64,000 bases of DNA from Piedraia hortae CBS 480.64 (GCA_010093745.1 MU006000.1:1-64000); one strand, 5' to 3'; shown: positions 22,852 to 35,587, counted from the stretch's first letter. Notes: generated from the letters alone by a model not told the origin. Numbers and translations are program-made.

Positions 22852-23184
22852 CGCGAGACTCGGTTGAAGTTTGAAATCTTGACCACCGAGCGTATGTTCT
22901 CAAAGGGATAAGCTGGACCGGAATGGATGACCGTTGGGGATCCATAGTAAGTGCTTTGGCCACGCTTGTCCAGAGTCTGCTTCATACAGCAAGGCTGATT
23001 GTTCGCGTGATCTGCATGGTCAGCATGCGGTGAACACTAATTTCTTTTTGCGCCGGCTTTGCAGCTGAGCTGCAGTGTACCATGTACCACGGATGTGGCT
23101 GACAGTCAGCAGTTTTCGCCCCTCAAATCTCGCCCGAGGCCGATCATTCCTCCAGGCCGCTGCCTTGACCTCGCAACAACAAGC

Positions 23185-24981
23185 ATGGCAGATCCCATTT
23201 ACGTACCCCCTTCAGGCCGATGGGATGGTGCTGATGGAAAATGGTCTTCGTTCCAAATGTCGGTTGGCAATCCTCCCCAACGGTTTCGAGTATTGCCGGC
23301 ACCAGTTGACACGGTGGTTTCGGTGCCGCTCGCAGCAGTCTGTCAAAATAACCTCTTCAGCCAACGCAAAGACTGCGGTGACTTGAGAGGAGTGGAGAAC
23401 TATCAAGGGAAATCCAGCCCCGGATTTAATGCAACAGCATCCATAGACAACACCAATATAGTGGGTGGCCCTTATACTTTTCCTCCGTACCAGCGTTATT
23501 TTGGCAACCAGACAGCCGGTGGCGCCAGTTTCTGGAATGACAGTGTCTCTATTGGTGATGCGCACACTGTCCCAAAACAACTTGTTGCTGGAATCAATGC
23601 GCAAGAGTTTCTTTTGGGCGAAATGGGACTCGGGCGGCTGGAAACCACTTTGCAGCAAGGTATGACACCGGTTCTCAGCCTTTTGAGCTCGTTATATGAT
23701 CAAAAAATGATACCGCGACCTGGATTCGCATATACAGCCGGGAGATCGTACGTTCATCCACCGATGAACGGCAGTCTGGTGTTGGGAGGATTCGACAAGT
23801 CTGGGCTCACGTCCAACTATGCCACAGTAACAATCTCCAGTCCGGATACCCTTCCCTTACGGCTGTACGATCTTGTTGCCGGACCGACCTTGACAAGCCT
23901 CCAGCAGCGCCTCATAAGCCACGAGGATGGCATAACAGCTTACATTGATTCTTCCGTTGCTCAGCTCTGGCTACCGAACAAAACTTGTGATGCCATTGCC
24001 GCCGCTTTCAACCTGACATATTACGATTCATCCAACTATTACGGCGTCCCGGATGAAGGCACCGAATCGCTGTCGATATTGCAGAATGCTACATTCACTT
24101 TCACCGTGGGTTCTGTCTCCGACAAAACGGGTAATATGGTTCAGATTATTCTGCCTTACAGTGCATTTGACTACAATCTCAGTTTCCCGATTGAAACTTC
24201 AACAGTTCGTTACTTTCCTTTGCGCAGAGCTCTGAACGATAACCAGATTACCCTGGGACGAGTCTTTCTACAGGAAGCATATATCGCTGTGGACTGGGAT
24301 GCAAAGCAAATGGTTATTGGGCAAGCCCCAGGGACCTTGAAGCACAACATCGCTTCGCTGAACGATCTATTGAGCACTTCTCGACCAGTGGCGAGCCCTC
24401 CCACAGCCTCTCCCACAGCCTCTATAGCACCGAGCCCACCTCAAGGTCCACAAGGATTGCCGAGGGGTGCAGTTGCAGGGATTGTGGTGACTGCCGTGGT
24501 CCTTGCCGCAATCTTCACTGTTGTCTCGATATCGTGCTGGCGCAGGAGGCATCACGGCAAGAATGATAGCTGGATGTCCTGCTGGCACTTTCCTCGTCCA
24601 AAGCGAACCAGTAAGACTCGGCCTCCTTCTTTGAGTGGAGACGAGGAACAAAGCCGAGGTATGTCTCCCTACCTTGACGACTCGAAGAAGCAAGGCCCAA
24701 ATGTTTCAGTCGTTGAACTGGTAGAACTGGCTAGCGAGTGCCATATGCCAGAATTAGATGAAGGGAAGGAGGCCAGCCATGTTCATGCGCGCCCCCGAGT
24801 TGCAAGACCACTTCTCGGATCGCGGGAAAGCACTGTTTCGGAACTGGAATGTCCTCGGAGCATGCGAGATATATCCGCGGACTCAACATTGTGCAATGAT
24901 AGAATTCGCACTCCCTCTCCTCGACGGCCGGTATCGCCATCGCCGCTGCACAATTGCACTTTCTCATCTGGCCTTGGCTAA
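23185..24981 (+). CDS. Single-pass membrane A1 aspartic-protease-like protein, probably catalytically inactive
   Basis: WDGADGKWSSF..VGNPPQRFRVLP, GSLVLGGFD, IDSSVAQLWLP, ITLGRVFLQEAY; TM helix AVAGIVVTAVVLAAIFTVV. The first DTG motif is absent. Confidence 0.82.
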   Translation: MADPIYVPPSGRWDGADGKWSSFQMSVGNPPQRFRVLPAPVDTVVSVPLAAVCQNNLFSQRKDCGDLRGVENYQGKSSPGFNATASIDNTNIVGGPYTFPPYQRYFGNQTAGGASFWNDSVSIGDAHTVPKQLVAGINAQEFLLGEMGLGRLETTLQQGMTPVLSLLSSLYDQKMIPRPGFAYTAGRSYVHPPMNGSLVLGGFDKSGLTSNYATVTISSPDTLPLRLYDLVAGPTLTSLQQRLISHEDGITAYIDSSVAQLWLPNKTCDAIAAAFNLTYYDSSNYYGVPDEGTESLSILQNATFTFTVGSVSDKTGNMVQIILPYSAFDYNLSFPIETSTVRYFPLRRALNDNQITLGRVFLQEAYIAVDWDAKQMVIGQAPGTLKHNIASLNDLLSTSRPVASPPTASPTASIAPSPPQGPQGLPRGAVAGIVVTAVVLAAIFTVVSISCWRRRHHGKNDSWMSCWHFPRPKRTSKTRPPSLSGDEEQSRGMSPYLDDSKKQGPNVSVVELVELASECHMPELDEGKEASHVHARPRVARPLLGSRESTVSELECPRSMRDISADSTLCNDRIRTPSPRRPVSPSPLHNCTFSSGLG

Positions 24982-26699
24982 AGCTGCGGCGTGCAGAGAA
25001 TAACGCCACTATTACCCCTCCTCAATGCGGGGTAGTCCATTGCATTGTCGGCTGACTGCGACCGTCTCCGACTCGAATGCACGCATGTAATACCGCAGGC
25101 ATATCGGAAAGTTGTTTTGGGATATTTTAGCCAGCCACTTCATGAATCACATGTATATGTGTAAATTCACAAGCCCTTCGTCCAATTAAGAGACCATATA
25201 TAGTTTACGCCTGCCTAATCCGATTATTCTGGAACCGGCGGCTGGCACATATAAATGAGGCTGCCTAATATTCATTGCTATTTTCTTGGATTAGATTCTC
25301 AGGGTCGATAGATCTTCCAGCTCATCTCTAGACTACTGCTTCACTTGCATCGGAAGCAGCGGATCAGACGGATCTTTGAGTGCCTTGCGCATTGCGCACA
25401 TCGCTCGAGGGCATTCTGGGTACACCTCAGCTGCCCTAATGTTGTGATTGGAAGGCGTTCAGGCGTTCAAAGCCAGTGGCGTCGAAAGTGACACGACGGT
25501 CGGAAAACCTTGCTAGTGGGACCAAACCCGTTGAGGACAAAGCGATTGTAACTTAGACACCCGATTGGATATGCCTCAGTGATGATCATTTCCACGTGAT
25601 TCTCCTCGATTCAGAAAAAAATTCTGATCAAGTGAGAGTCTGAGTTCAAGCATGAAGGTTGAGCCTCTGCATTCCTTCCCACAACAATCGATACTGGCAA
25701 TAATAGACCCTCAGGACGGCAGAGTACCACTAGAGTCAGGGTTGAAAGCCAATGCGTCCAGAGGTCTGGCACCCAACCTTTGTCGTGCTACAGCCACGGG
25801 TTGCCACAAGGTTGTTCTGTTCGTGGTAAGTGGGGGTGCAGGCCCGAGCCCCTATCTCTCCCTTTATCAAGCGACGAACTGCGAGGGTAAGTTTACTAAT
25901 CGTGCATAAGGACCGCATCTTGCACAGGGACTTTGAAAGTTCCGAGTGTGAGTGGGCTATTCCCGCCTTGGCGCCTCAACCACATCCCCTCGGCGTCCGC
26001 TTACGATGCGATGTTATTCAGCACGGAAGCTCGGGCATGTAAGCATATGTTCGTTTAGCCACACACATTCAGACATTTGCAGCCCATCGCTGATCCAATC
26101 AAGCGAGAATGATACGACACGTTTTTGTTGTAATTGTTCAACTGGCAATAAGCGATGACATGGCCGAAGTTTTGGCGCTTCCGCTGTCATACAGCCAGAA
26201 CTACTCGAAGAGACATGTGAAGCGGCAAATGTGAGATTCAGGCCCTATATCGATGTCTTGCCGTTTGGCATGTCCAACTTTCAAACTGCCATCCCGTCCG
26301 TCTCGTACTTTCGGCCCGGTCCGAATAGCCGCCACCTAACCTCATCCAGGTCAAAACAACTCGGAATAAAATTCTTTCGCCCTACCATGCATCTCCATGC
26401 TACGAGACCTGTTCACAGACCGTATGAGAATGAGTCTTAATGATGAAACCACAGACTTGGACAGCATTGCTCCCGCGGCAAAGTAATCCATGATGACGTT
26501 GGCAAATAGATCTACACAGCATACAAGCCATCTTTTGGGATTACACTATCTCAGCGGCCTCACTGAAATGGGACACACCCATCCATAGTGAATACCTAAC
26601 GCTCCCCAGCTCCTAGCTGGCTATTCATCTCTTGAGAGACCGCATCTGAGACCTCAGCGCCTTATGCTCACTCATACCCGACAAGAGTGCCTTCACACC

Positions 26700-28091
26700 A
26701 TGATAGTAGTTGCCCTCTGAAGGCCACCTCGGGTCGTGCCTCGGAGCATGCTTGCGGTAAACGCTCTGATCGCGACGCTGGTCGAGAAGACTAAATCATC
26801 ACATCTTTGTCAGTGCCCAGGCCATGAATTTGGTCCGGTCTTCACATACCTTCTGGTACCAGGCCAATCAATACACAGATGGATGCAGTTGGGAAGCAGC
26901 GGTTCCTGCACGCGTTCCAGAGGAGTCAGATAAATCTGACTCTTCACCGGGATGTAGAAGTCGCGGAACCTTGGACAGCTGCGTCCCTGCGCAACAAGAA
27001 ATCTGGCTGAGATCTCGGCTGTGTTCTGCAAATGGAAGACTTCCAGGTTAGGGAGCGCGGTAACAAGGCTGATGACCCCATCGCCCGTGACTTCGAATGT
27101 CTCCATCAAGTCGTCAGCATGTCCGATCTCAAGGTGTCGCAATTGCTTTAGGCCCCTTAGGCTTTGGAGATCCTCGTCGTCGATGTAGATCTTGCAGCAG
27201 TCAAAAACCACTATGAGTTTCTGCAGACTTGTTAGGGCGCCGAGCGAGTCGAAAATTTTGCTGTTATCGATGGGGAAGCTGAGGTTCATGACGTAGAACT
27301 TGGCAACTTCCATGTGGGTGAAGATCGGAGAGAGAAGGGGGGATTGCGGGCTTTGCATGTCCATTTCAGACCACGTAGCCCGCAGCCAGCGGACCCATCC
27401 TGCAGGATAATCTCCTCTAGGATTTCGCATGAAGCATATGCGCAAAAGTCAAGGCATTGAAAACCGGGGCGTTCTGTTGCTAGCTGCAATGGCGCACTCC
27501 CATCGATTATCGTCGACTGCTCTCGGCCCAAAGCAAAAGACACGAGCTGTTTGAGGTTGCCGACCAGCCTCATGATATAGTCCTCTGAACGAGGGCGAGG
27601 AGTCGGATACATAGCCAGATCCCCCATCTCGTACTCAATATGCAAATGCTTGAGCCCAGGACATGCCGATGGCAGCAGGCTTAACGGGTCCCATCGCAAG
27701 GGTGCCCACTCGAAATAGTGATGGGTGACGCTTGGGTGGAGATACTGCTGAAATGGAATGTTGACGATATGGTCAATTGCCCTCATGTTTGAACGGAATG
27801 CCAGATGCGTAAGGCATGGAAAAGAGATGCCCGCCATCGCAGCGTGTCCCTCCATGGTCGTCTCATCTTTAATGGACAACTTCTGGATGGCGTTCGCATA
27901 AACTGCCTTCAATTGGCAGGTAGCTTGGCCAACGCCTACAGCGGAGGATCACGCCAGAGGACTTGACCGCCCACGTCGAACCACGGTTTTAATACTTGCA
28001 TCACGTTGAAGAGCGTTCGACGATCATCCTCAAGTAGTTCTTTCGAGGCTATTAGACACTACAGCTGGCTGCGGATCTTGCTGAAATGCAT
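26700..28091 (-). pseudogene. F-box/leucine-rich-repeat (RNI-like) pseudogene
   Basis: N-terminal LLEDDRRTLFNVMQVLKPWFDVGGQVLWRDPP is flanked by TAG/TGA stops. LRR-like FPCLTHL, CPGLKHLHI, LKQLRHLEI and LPNLEVFHL are split across frames. The 3' boundary is approximate. Confidence 0.7.
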
Positions 28092-28608
28092 GGTTGGCGT
28101 TTGTGGCAGATGTCTTGAGGCAGCGTCGCCTAAACTCGTCGCTGGTCCTCAGCATGTTCATATTCACTGTCCAGGCATGTGAAAAACTCACGATAATGCT
28201 GCTGTACAGTTACGAATCCATCCACATGTAAGGCCAGTCATTCACTCATCACACCGTATCCATCAACAACGTGGATTGATGACTTAGACTCACATGTGCG
28301 GAGTGAATCTACATATCGCAACAGTTAATGTCAGTAGACGTGGATTTATCGGCAACTTGAAGTTGTCGAGCTCTACGGGGAGCTCGAGGGATGGGAGCGA
28401 GAAGGCGAGGCGGTGAGACGTATGTGTAAATGATGTGATGTCAAACAATGTCCTTCTCAGTGGGATGAGTCCATCTTTATCTAGGCAGGCCTTTGTCCAA
28501 AGCCAGGCAAAACAACCACGAAAAACCAAAGCCATCACAAAGGCTATCGCCAAGCACACATGCATCCAAACACGTCATATCAGCAATATGAAGCTTTGGG
28601 TACTACCA

Positions 28609-31600
28609 TCAAACTTCCAACGAACAAACTAAACCTAAAACCCCGCCACCAATCAACGCCCTGGTCTCCCACCTATTTCGACTTATTTTCCTCCTCTCAA
28701 TCCTCTTCCTAAGCCGTCTGAGGTACTCCATCGCCTCCATCCTATCCTCACACCCATCAATCCATTTCTGCAAATGATCCGCCCCTCTCTTTTCTGCTTT
28801 TCTCTCAGCACTGACATCCTTCAACTGCCGCCTTTCCCGATTTAGATATTCACTCAACTTCTTCCTCGCCTCCTCCAACTTCTTCACCCGTTCTATTAAT
28901 CTTCCCTCCACCTTCTCTTTCTGCTGTTCTACCTTTTCCTTCTGCTGCTCCACTCTAACCTTCTGCATCCCCACCATCCCATTCATCTGCTCCAACTTCG
29001 CAAACGCAGCAAGACTGGAATCAAATCGAGTCTGCAGGCCTTCCAACATCCCCGCCCCTCTGCTGTTCACGAATAAGCACCTCGTTCAACATCCTCTTAG
29101 ACTCTTTCAACTTCTTCGACTCTTTCAGCCTCTGCAGCCTCTGGCGAAGACTCTTCTCCACCTTCTCCTTCTGCACCATCAATTTTGCATACGCCGCGTC
29201 ACTGGCCTTAAGCTGGGTGCGCATGGCTTTGGCGACTTCTTCACTCTCAGCTTTTAAAACGGCTAGTTCCTCCGGGATGAAACCCACTTAGGCTTGTGGT
29301 CTGTTCGCATCTGCGATCAGACCTCCATTCTCCGCCTCACGGGTGTTAATCTCCCTGATCTGGGCGCTTACGCAGTTATTCAGCTCCACAACCTTACTAT
29401 TCAGACGGGCAACCTCATCCGGATCATGAAACTCAACCGGAGATGTCTGCGCTCCCTTCGACACAATCTGTCTCGCTTTCGCTTTTGCGGTCTGTTCTTC
29501 AAGACTATTCTGCATCTCATCTACTTTCTTTTCAAGGGCCTCCTTCTCCAGCTTAAGTCTTTCTCTCTCGATCCTCGTATTCTGCAGTTCGCTGCTCTCG
29601 CGAGCGAGTCTCTTCTCTGTATCCGGTGGACGATTTGCTCAGACTCTGCCCCTGCTAGGCGAGAGGGGATGTAGCGGATTTCGTCGAATTGGGCTTGAAT
29701 TACTTTTCTCAGAGTGTGCGAGTCGGTTTCTTTGACCTGGAGTTGGGATGTTTTGAGCTGCGAGTTTTGATGCTTAGCACTTTGTTTTGAGTTCGTCTTT
29801 CAGCTTGTTGGCACTCACCTCGAGAGTCTCAGCGCGCCTGCGTTCCTCTTCGTGTAGGGCCGTGAGTCGTTGGACTTTGTTCGTAGCGGTCTGCATTTGC
29901 TCCGAGGCGGTTTTGAGTTTGGTGGTTTTACGACCAACTCTCCTCGAGCGTTGCGTGTTGGGGCTTGCCCATTCCGCACATTCTGTTCCAAGACTTGGGC
30001 TTGCTGGGTCAGCGTCGCGTGCGCTTGGATAAGTTTTTCGAGGAGCTGTTATACACTCGACCCGTTGGAGATTGCTTGATGCGCTTCTGTGCAGAGTTGT
30101 TGTTCGTTGGCTTGCTGCGCATGCAACTGGTTGGTTGCTTGTTGCTCCGTGGTGGTTAGCTACTGGCGCAGTCGGGTGTTTGCGTCGGTCATGTCTTGTT
30201 GTTGGGATTTTAAGTTGTTCAGTTCTCTTTGTGCGGTTTGTTGAATTTCACTCCGGTGTTGTTGCAGTCTTGTGATTTCGTCTGTTAGCTGCTGCTGCTT
30301 GGTTTGCTGTGCGCTAGACTTCTCGGATGCGGTCTTTTTGCTGGCTACTTTTTGTTCCTGTAGTTTAGTATTCTGGACGAGAAGGTCTTCTTGTTTGGTT
30401 TGCAGCGCGCTCAGTTCCATGATCGCGTCTTGGCGGCAGTCTTCCAACTGCTGTTGCAGTCTGTTGTTTTGTTCCGTCAGCTTCTGCAGCTGAGATCGCG
30501 ATACACTCGATGCTGTGTTTGCGGCTTGCTGGGCTTATGCCAGCTGCTGTTTTAGGCTGTTGTTTTCTCAATTAACTTCTGCTGCTCGGATCGCAGCGCG
30601 GTCAACTACGTGGACTTAGACTTTCCTCCAGCTGATATTGTTGCAGTCTGGCATTCTCCCTGGCTAGCTCTTGCTGCTGGGCTCTCAGCGCGCTTACTTC
30701 CGTGGATGTGGATTGCTGGGCTTGCTGGGCTTCTGCCTTTTGTTGTTGTTGCAGTCTGGCATTCTCCTCAACCAGTTCCTGCTCTTCGGTTCGCAGCTTC
30801 TCCAATTCCGTGGATGTGGATTTTTGGGCTTCTACGGCTTCTATAGTTTCTTTTCGCAGTTTACTGTTATCTATAGCCAGCTCCTGCAGTTGGGATTTCA
30901 CTCGGCGCTGTGCTTGCAGGTTTCTGGGCTTCTGCCAGCTGCTGCTGTAGTCTGGCGTTCTCTTCGGTTATGTCCTGCTGTTTAGAACGCAGCTCACTCA
31001 ATTTCCTAGGCGTGGTTTGTTGGACCTGTTGGGTTTGAGCCAGCTCTTGCTTCAATCTGGTGATCTCCTCAGTGAAGGGTTGCGTCACACTCGATTCAGC
31101 CCTTGAAGCTTGCTTGAGGGCTGTCAGCTGTTGGTCCATTATGGCCTGCCGCTTGTTCAGCCCCTTCCTCCCTAGCCTGTATCCTAGCTCTTTCCGTGGA
31201 CAAAGCATTCTGGGCATTCGTCTTTAGAGTTGCTCTTCTGGCATGGCCCAAGACCCGCTCTTTATGCTTAGCCACCAATTTATTCATTTTCCCAGATGAA
31301 ATTTCATCAGCATTTGCTTTGAAATGTTTTAGACCTTTATTCCCTTGCTCCAGGCCCCGCACTTTAAGCTCCACCGAATATATGTGCGTGGCTACGTCTT
31401 CTTTGAACCCTTGTCATCTTGCAGTATTCTATTCTCTTCAACGAGCCTCTGATGGTCAAGCTTCAGCGCATCCATCTCGATAGACGCAGCTTTTTTGGTC
31501 TCTTTTACTTGTTGCTGTAGCTTGGCGATCTCATTGAGCAGTGGCTTGATAGTGATGGTATGCTCTACATGCACACCCTTTTGTACTTCCGTTAGCTTCT

Positions 31601-31920
31601 GTTACAATTGCTCAACTTGCGCTCCTTTGCCCTCCAAATCGTGCCTTAGCGTAGATATTGTGGCCTCTGCAGCGGCAACTTGCACTCTGAGACCGCTTAT
31701 CTCTGGCTTCCTTTCATCTAGCTTCTCCTGGAGAGCACTCAATTTGTCGCGGAGTTTGCCCTCGCTGATTTGGCGGTTGATAAGAGACCTTTGGGATTTT
31801 TCATGCGCCTTTTCCAGGTTTGGGAAACGCTTCTGACTTTCCTCAAGGTCCTCTCTGAGCTCGCTAATGACCCTACCTCACTCTCTGTGCTCCGCAAGGG
31901 TGAGTTTGGACATCTGGAAA
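28609..31920 (-). pseudogene. Decayed Q/E/K-rich coiled-coil gene with internal tandem repeats
   Basis: Nine or more fragment ORFs in shifting frames; repeated L..LR..QQEL.EENARLQQ units at roughly 100-nt spacing within 30100-31050. Confidence 0.7.
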
Positions 31921-32327
31921 GGCTTGGAGGTTTGTGAAGAGGTACTTGCTGTTGGGAGCCACTTCTGTAGCTTTGCACAAGGTACCTTTGTTTATCTAGC
32001 TGGATGCGAACGACTGTGGGCTCACGAGAACGTATAAATTGAGGCCTAAGCTCTCGATATCGTAGCTTGGGTTACCGGGCCAATCAGTCTTTGTTCTCAT
32101 TGTCAAATGGCTTTTGTTTGTGGTCAAATTTTTTGTCTCGGCTTTGATGGCTTGAACATGACACCAGATCCAGGTAGATTATTACACTTCCCTGTGGAGA
32201 AGCCTTCCTTCCAGTTGTAATAGTTTTGGACAAAGACGTGTAGTTGGACAGATGATCAATTGTTTGTTTATTTGCTTGTCTTTGACAACATCGCTGCAAG
32301 CCTCACAACGCCAAGCAACATGACCAT

Positions 32328-32688
32328 TGTAGAGATTTAGCTCTCGTGGGTGAGAGTGCACAGCGACCCGAAGAGGACGGAGCGATAGACGGAATCAGGG
32401 ACAGGAAAGATGTAGATGTATGTGAGTCAAATACCAGTTGCAGTATGGTAGTGTGAATGACTATATTCAAAATGAGGGGACGTTCAGAATGAAAATTCTG
32501 TACCGGTGGGCCGGTGACGTCACGTCGTACACTAGCGGGGCGTATTCACCATGTCACATATGACATGACCCTGAGGGAAACCCTCTGTGAGGGAAAAACC
32601 TAGAATGCAGCTGGTAGTGTAGGAGGTATCGCTGACTTGCTATGCAAGTGCCCTGCATACGCGCTAGCGGCGATGCTTGAATCCAACA
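32328..32688 (-). mobile_element. Solo LTR (Ty1/copia-like), 361 bp, 5-bp TSD ACCAT
   Basis: Reads TGTTGG...CTACA on the minus strand; ACCAT on both flanks (32323-32327, 32689-32693); near-identical inverted copy at 55789-56147. Confidence 0.93.
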
Positions 32689-33121
32689 ACCATCCGCCAC
32701 AATACAGACAATAAGCTAAGTTGAACCAACATAACTTGTGGCAAGAACACCAACTATCCAACGAACTTGTGTAACACGATACCTTGAAGTAGACACGCCA
32801 TGCAAATACCAACCACATAAAGGGGCCTGATATCGTTGCCATGACATTAAATCCAGTTTCATATGTCGTTGCGATGACAGCTCGGCAGCAGGACGCACAG
32901 ACCTTATCTTGACGTTCAACATGACTGCTGTTAATCTACTGCCACGATACAGCAGAACCGTGATGCCGTACAGATAAAAAAACTAAGAATGAACTCCATT
33001 TGAATAGCTAAGGGGCTTGCAATGTGATAATAGTGAATCCTCCATAACCTGTCACAACAAGAACCACAGGGAAGACTCGTCACTGTCAATTTAAACCCTC
33101 TGTCACCGTACGAGTCATCAC

Positions 33122-34891
33122 TCACTCACTTTCACCTTCGCTTTCCTCCCCTTCGCTATCGCCATCATCTAGAACCCCAAAAGCGCCTGTACAGTCCCAC
33201 CTATCTCCCGGCGCAGCCTTAGACACATACTTTACAAACCTCATCGTCCCCCTATCCCTCAGCACAAGACTAAGCGTGTTCCAGCTCGCCGGGTAAGTAA
33301 ACAGAATTCCGTCGTCACCGTCATCATCAGCTTTGTATACTGCGGGATCGTTTTTCGCTTTGCGGGAAGTAGAGGGGCGATCGCCAGCGCCGGTGTGAGA
33401 CGAAGGACCCCCTTCAGCTCCCCCTTCGGCGTTTCCTACCTCATCAACCTCCTCGTCAGCGGCCATGTACATCTCGTACCCACCGACTTCTTGGCCTTTA
33501 TTGTCCCAGCCAGTGGTAGGCGTGAGGTTAAGAGTATATTCAAGGACTGTTTCCTCACTACCGTGGCGCTGAGCTAGCTGGTAGTCTAGTCCTCGGCGGA
33601 AGCGACGGGCAACGACGCACGCTTCATTCAGAGTCAAGTCAGTGGCATGGGAGAGCCACTTTTTAAACGGAAGCGAAGAGAGGAGATCTAACGCTTCTGT
33701 AAGAGGGGTTGCTGGGTCTTTTGAGTCTTGTAGGTCCTCGAGGGATATGTATTGGAAGCGGTGTTTGTATGGTGGGACAGCAACTTGCATGTTCGTCTCC
33801 TTGTTGTCGAGGGTTTGGATATAGGTTTTTAGTCTCTGGGCGAATGATGGGTTGAAAAACTCGGCTAATTGCACCGCGGAATCGTTAGTGAAGACTTCAG
33901 TGAGCTCGTCAACTGTGTCAGGTGTGAGATAACTGGGGGTCATGAATTTGCGGAGGTAGTCAAAGTCTAGCTCTGTAAAATCGACTCCCGGGCTGCCGCC
34001 TTGGGGTATAAAATAATTGATTCGCGGCTTTTCGAATCGTTCATCCTTGTTTTGTAGCTGGAGGAGTGAGCTTTCTAACGATAACTTCTCTTCCAAGCCC
34101 CGCTCATAGCCTTCTTCGCCTTCTTGCGGAACATGAAACCAGCCGCTGATTGCCATTCGCATTCTGTCTCCGTTTTCCCCGTGGTAGACCTCTTCTACAT
34201 CATGAAAGCTCTCGCCAGGCTGGACAGCAAAGAATGAGAGTTGATTCCACGCTGGTGGAATGGAAACTGTCCATTCTGGACTGGGGATCTTGTACGTTTT
34301 ACCGTCATCTCCGATCTTTTTATCAACAGGATACAAGCGCAGAGAGCCCCCGTATTTAGCTCCCCATTTGTCATCAGGATTAGTCAGATACAGAATGTAA
34401 CTGACCCGTCGACTGCCAATGACGTCGTCGTGGCAAAGTAAGTGGCAACCCGGTACGTAGATGTTGACAGCCATGTCGGTCTTTTGACCCGAAAGGGGCC
34501 CTGAACCCGACACTCGGGAAATCCAGTGTCTGAACTCTCGCGAGTATAGGGCATCTCGCAGCTTCAGCAGTGAAGGTAGTCGCTTCAATGCGGTTGGGTC
34601 CAGACCATCTAGGTTGGCCAAGTCGCCCGACTGGTGGATCTTGTATATGTCGGTTTCCTTCGGCGTAAAATGAATGTTCTGTAACACCTCATGACGAACG
34701 TTGCGTAGCAATGTATCATCTATAAGTTTGGAGACTACGGCATGCTTGTAGGGCTCAGATGCTGCATAGGAAGCTGCATAGTCCAGCACCGTCTTTTCAT
34801 CAAACAGACCGTCTGAGAAACGATGTTCAATAGACAAATCGACTGCTTTATTAGGTCTAGCTGGCTCCTCATCCTCAGTCTTGCGCTTCAT
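33122..34891 (-). CDS. TPA1: Prolyl 3,4-dihydroxylase Tpa1/Ofd1/OGFOD1
   Basis: FTPKETDIYKIHQSGDLANL, HLLCHDDVIGSRRVSYILYL, SFHDVEEV, RMAISGWFH, and a C-terminal domain with LRDRGTMRFVKYVS. Confidence 0.93.
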   Translation of the reverse strand: MKRKTEDEEPARPNKAVDLSIEHRFSDGLFDEKTVLDYAASYAASEPYKHAVVSKLIDDTLLRNVRHEVLQNIHFTPKETDIYKIHQSGDLANLDGLDPTALKRLPSLLKLRDALYSREFRHWISRVSGSGPLSGQKTDMAVNIYVPGCHLLCHDDVIGSRRVSYILYLTNPDDKWGAKYGGSLRLYPVDKKIGDDGKTYKIPSPEWTVSIPPAWNQLSFFAVQPGESFHDVEEVYHGENGDRMRMAISGWFHVPQEGEEGYERGLEEKLSLESSLLQLQNKDERFEKPRINYFIPQGGSPGVDFTELDFDYLRKFMTPSYLTPDTVDELTEVFTNDSAVQLAEFFNPSFAQRLKTYIQTLDNKETNMQVAVPPYKHRFQYISLEDLQDSKDPATPLTEALDLLSSLPFKKWLSHATDLTLNEACVVARRFRRGLDYQLAQRHGSEETVLEYTLNLTPTTGWDNKGQEVGGYEMYMAADEEVDEVGNAEGGAEGGPSSHTGAGDRPSTSRKAKNDPAVYKADDDGDDGILFTYPASWNTLSLVLRDRGTMRFVKYVSKAAPGDRWDCTGAFGVLDDGDSEGEESEGESE

Positions 34892-34945
34892 CTTGGTGGC
34901 AGCTGACCCCAAGAAAATTGGTAGTGCACAACAACGGAAAGCCGC

Positions 34946-34953
34946 TGACGTCA
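34946..34953. promoter_or_regulatory. CRE/ATF palindrome TGACGTCA in a 122-bp divergent promoter
   Basis: Perfect TGACGTCA centred between the TPA1 ATG (34891) and the MARVEL gene ATG (35014). Confidence 0.4.
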
Positions 34954-35013
34954 TAAGGCAGCCTCATACAAAACACCCAACACGCACCAAGCTGTCTAGC
35001 AGATATTAGCACA

Positions 35014-35587
35014 ATGGCCTTGCTCGATAGCGTAGGCAGTCATTCGCACAGCGGTGGGTTGACCGGGGCTATTCTACGCGCTATTCTGCGGTTCTTTCAA
35101 TTCATCATGGCTCTCGTCGTTGCCGGGCTTTATGGCCAAGACCTGCAACATCCACACAACGCCGACAGCAAATATGGGCGTGGGAAGTGGATCTTTGCCG
35201 AGATATGTGCAGGACTGAGTGCATTCACGGCCCTGATATATGGTATTCCATTCGTCAAGAGCTTTTGGGGATTTGGGTGGGATTGGATCCTGTTGTAAGT
35301 GTCTTTCCACTTTTAGCTTTGACTTTCAGCTATGCAGGAGTGATATTGATAACGTTAGTCTTCTCTGGACAGCTCTGTTTGGCATGTTTGGCAAGATGTA
35401 CATCAACACGCACAAGACGCAAGCGGGCGAGAACGGCAAGCAAGTCGGTCATACTCGTATGAAGAATGCTGTTTGGGTCGATCTTGTCTGTATGCTGCTG
35501 TGGTTGGTTACTGCCATTTACTCGACTATTCTTTTCTTCCGCCATCGGTCTGGACGGACACTGCACACGGGCAGAGCAAGGGTTTAG
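35014..35587 (+). CDS. MARVEL-domain four-TM membrane protein (intron 35295-35358)
   Basis: LRFFQFIMALVVAGLYG, KWIFAEICAGLSA, WDWILFLLWTALFGMFGKMYI, RMKNAVWVDL. Confidence 0.82.
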
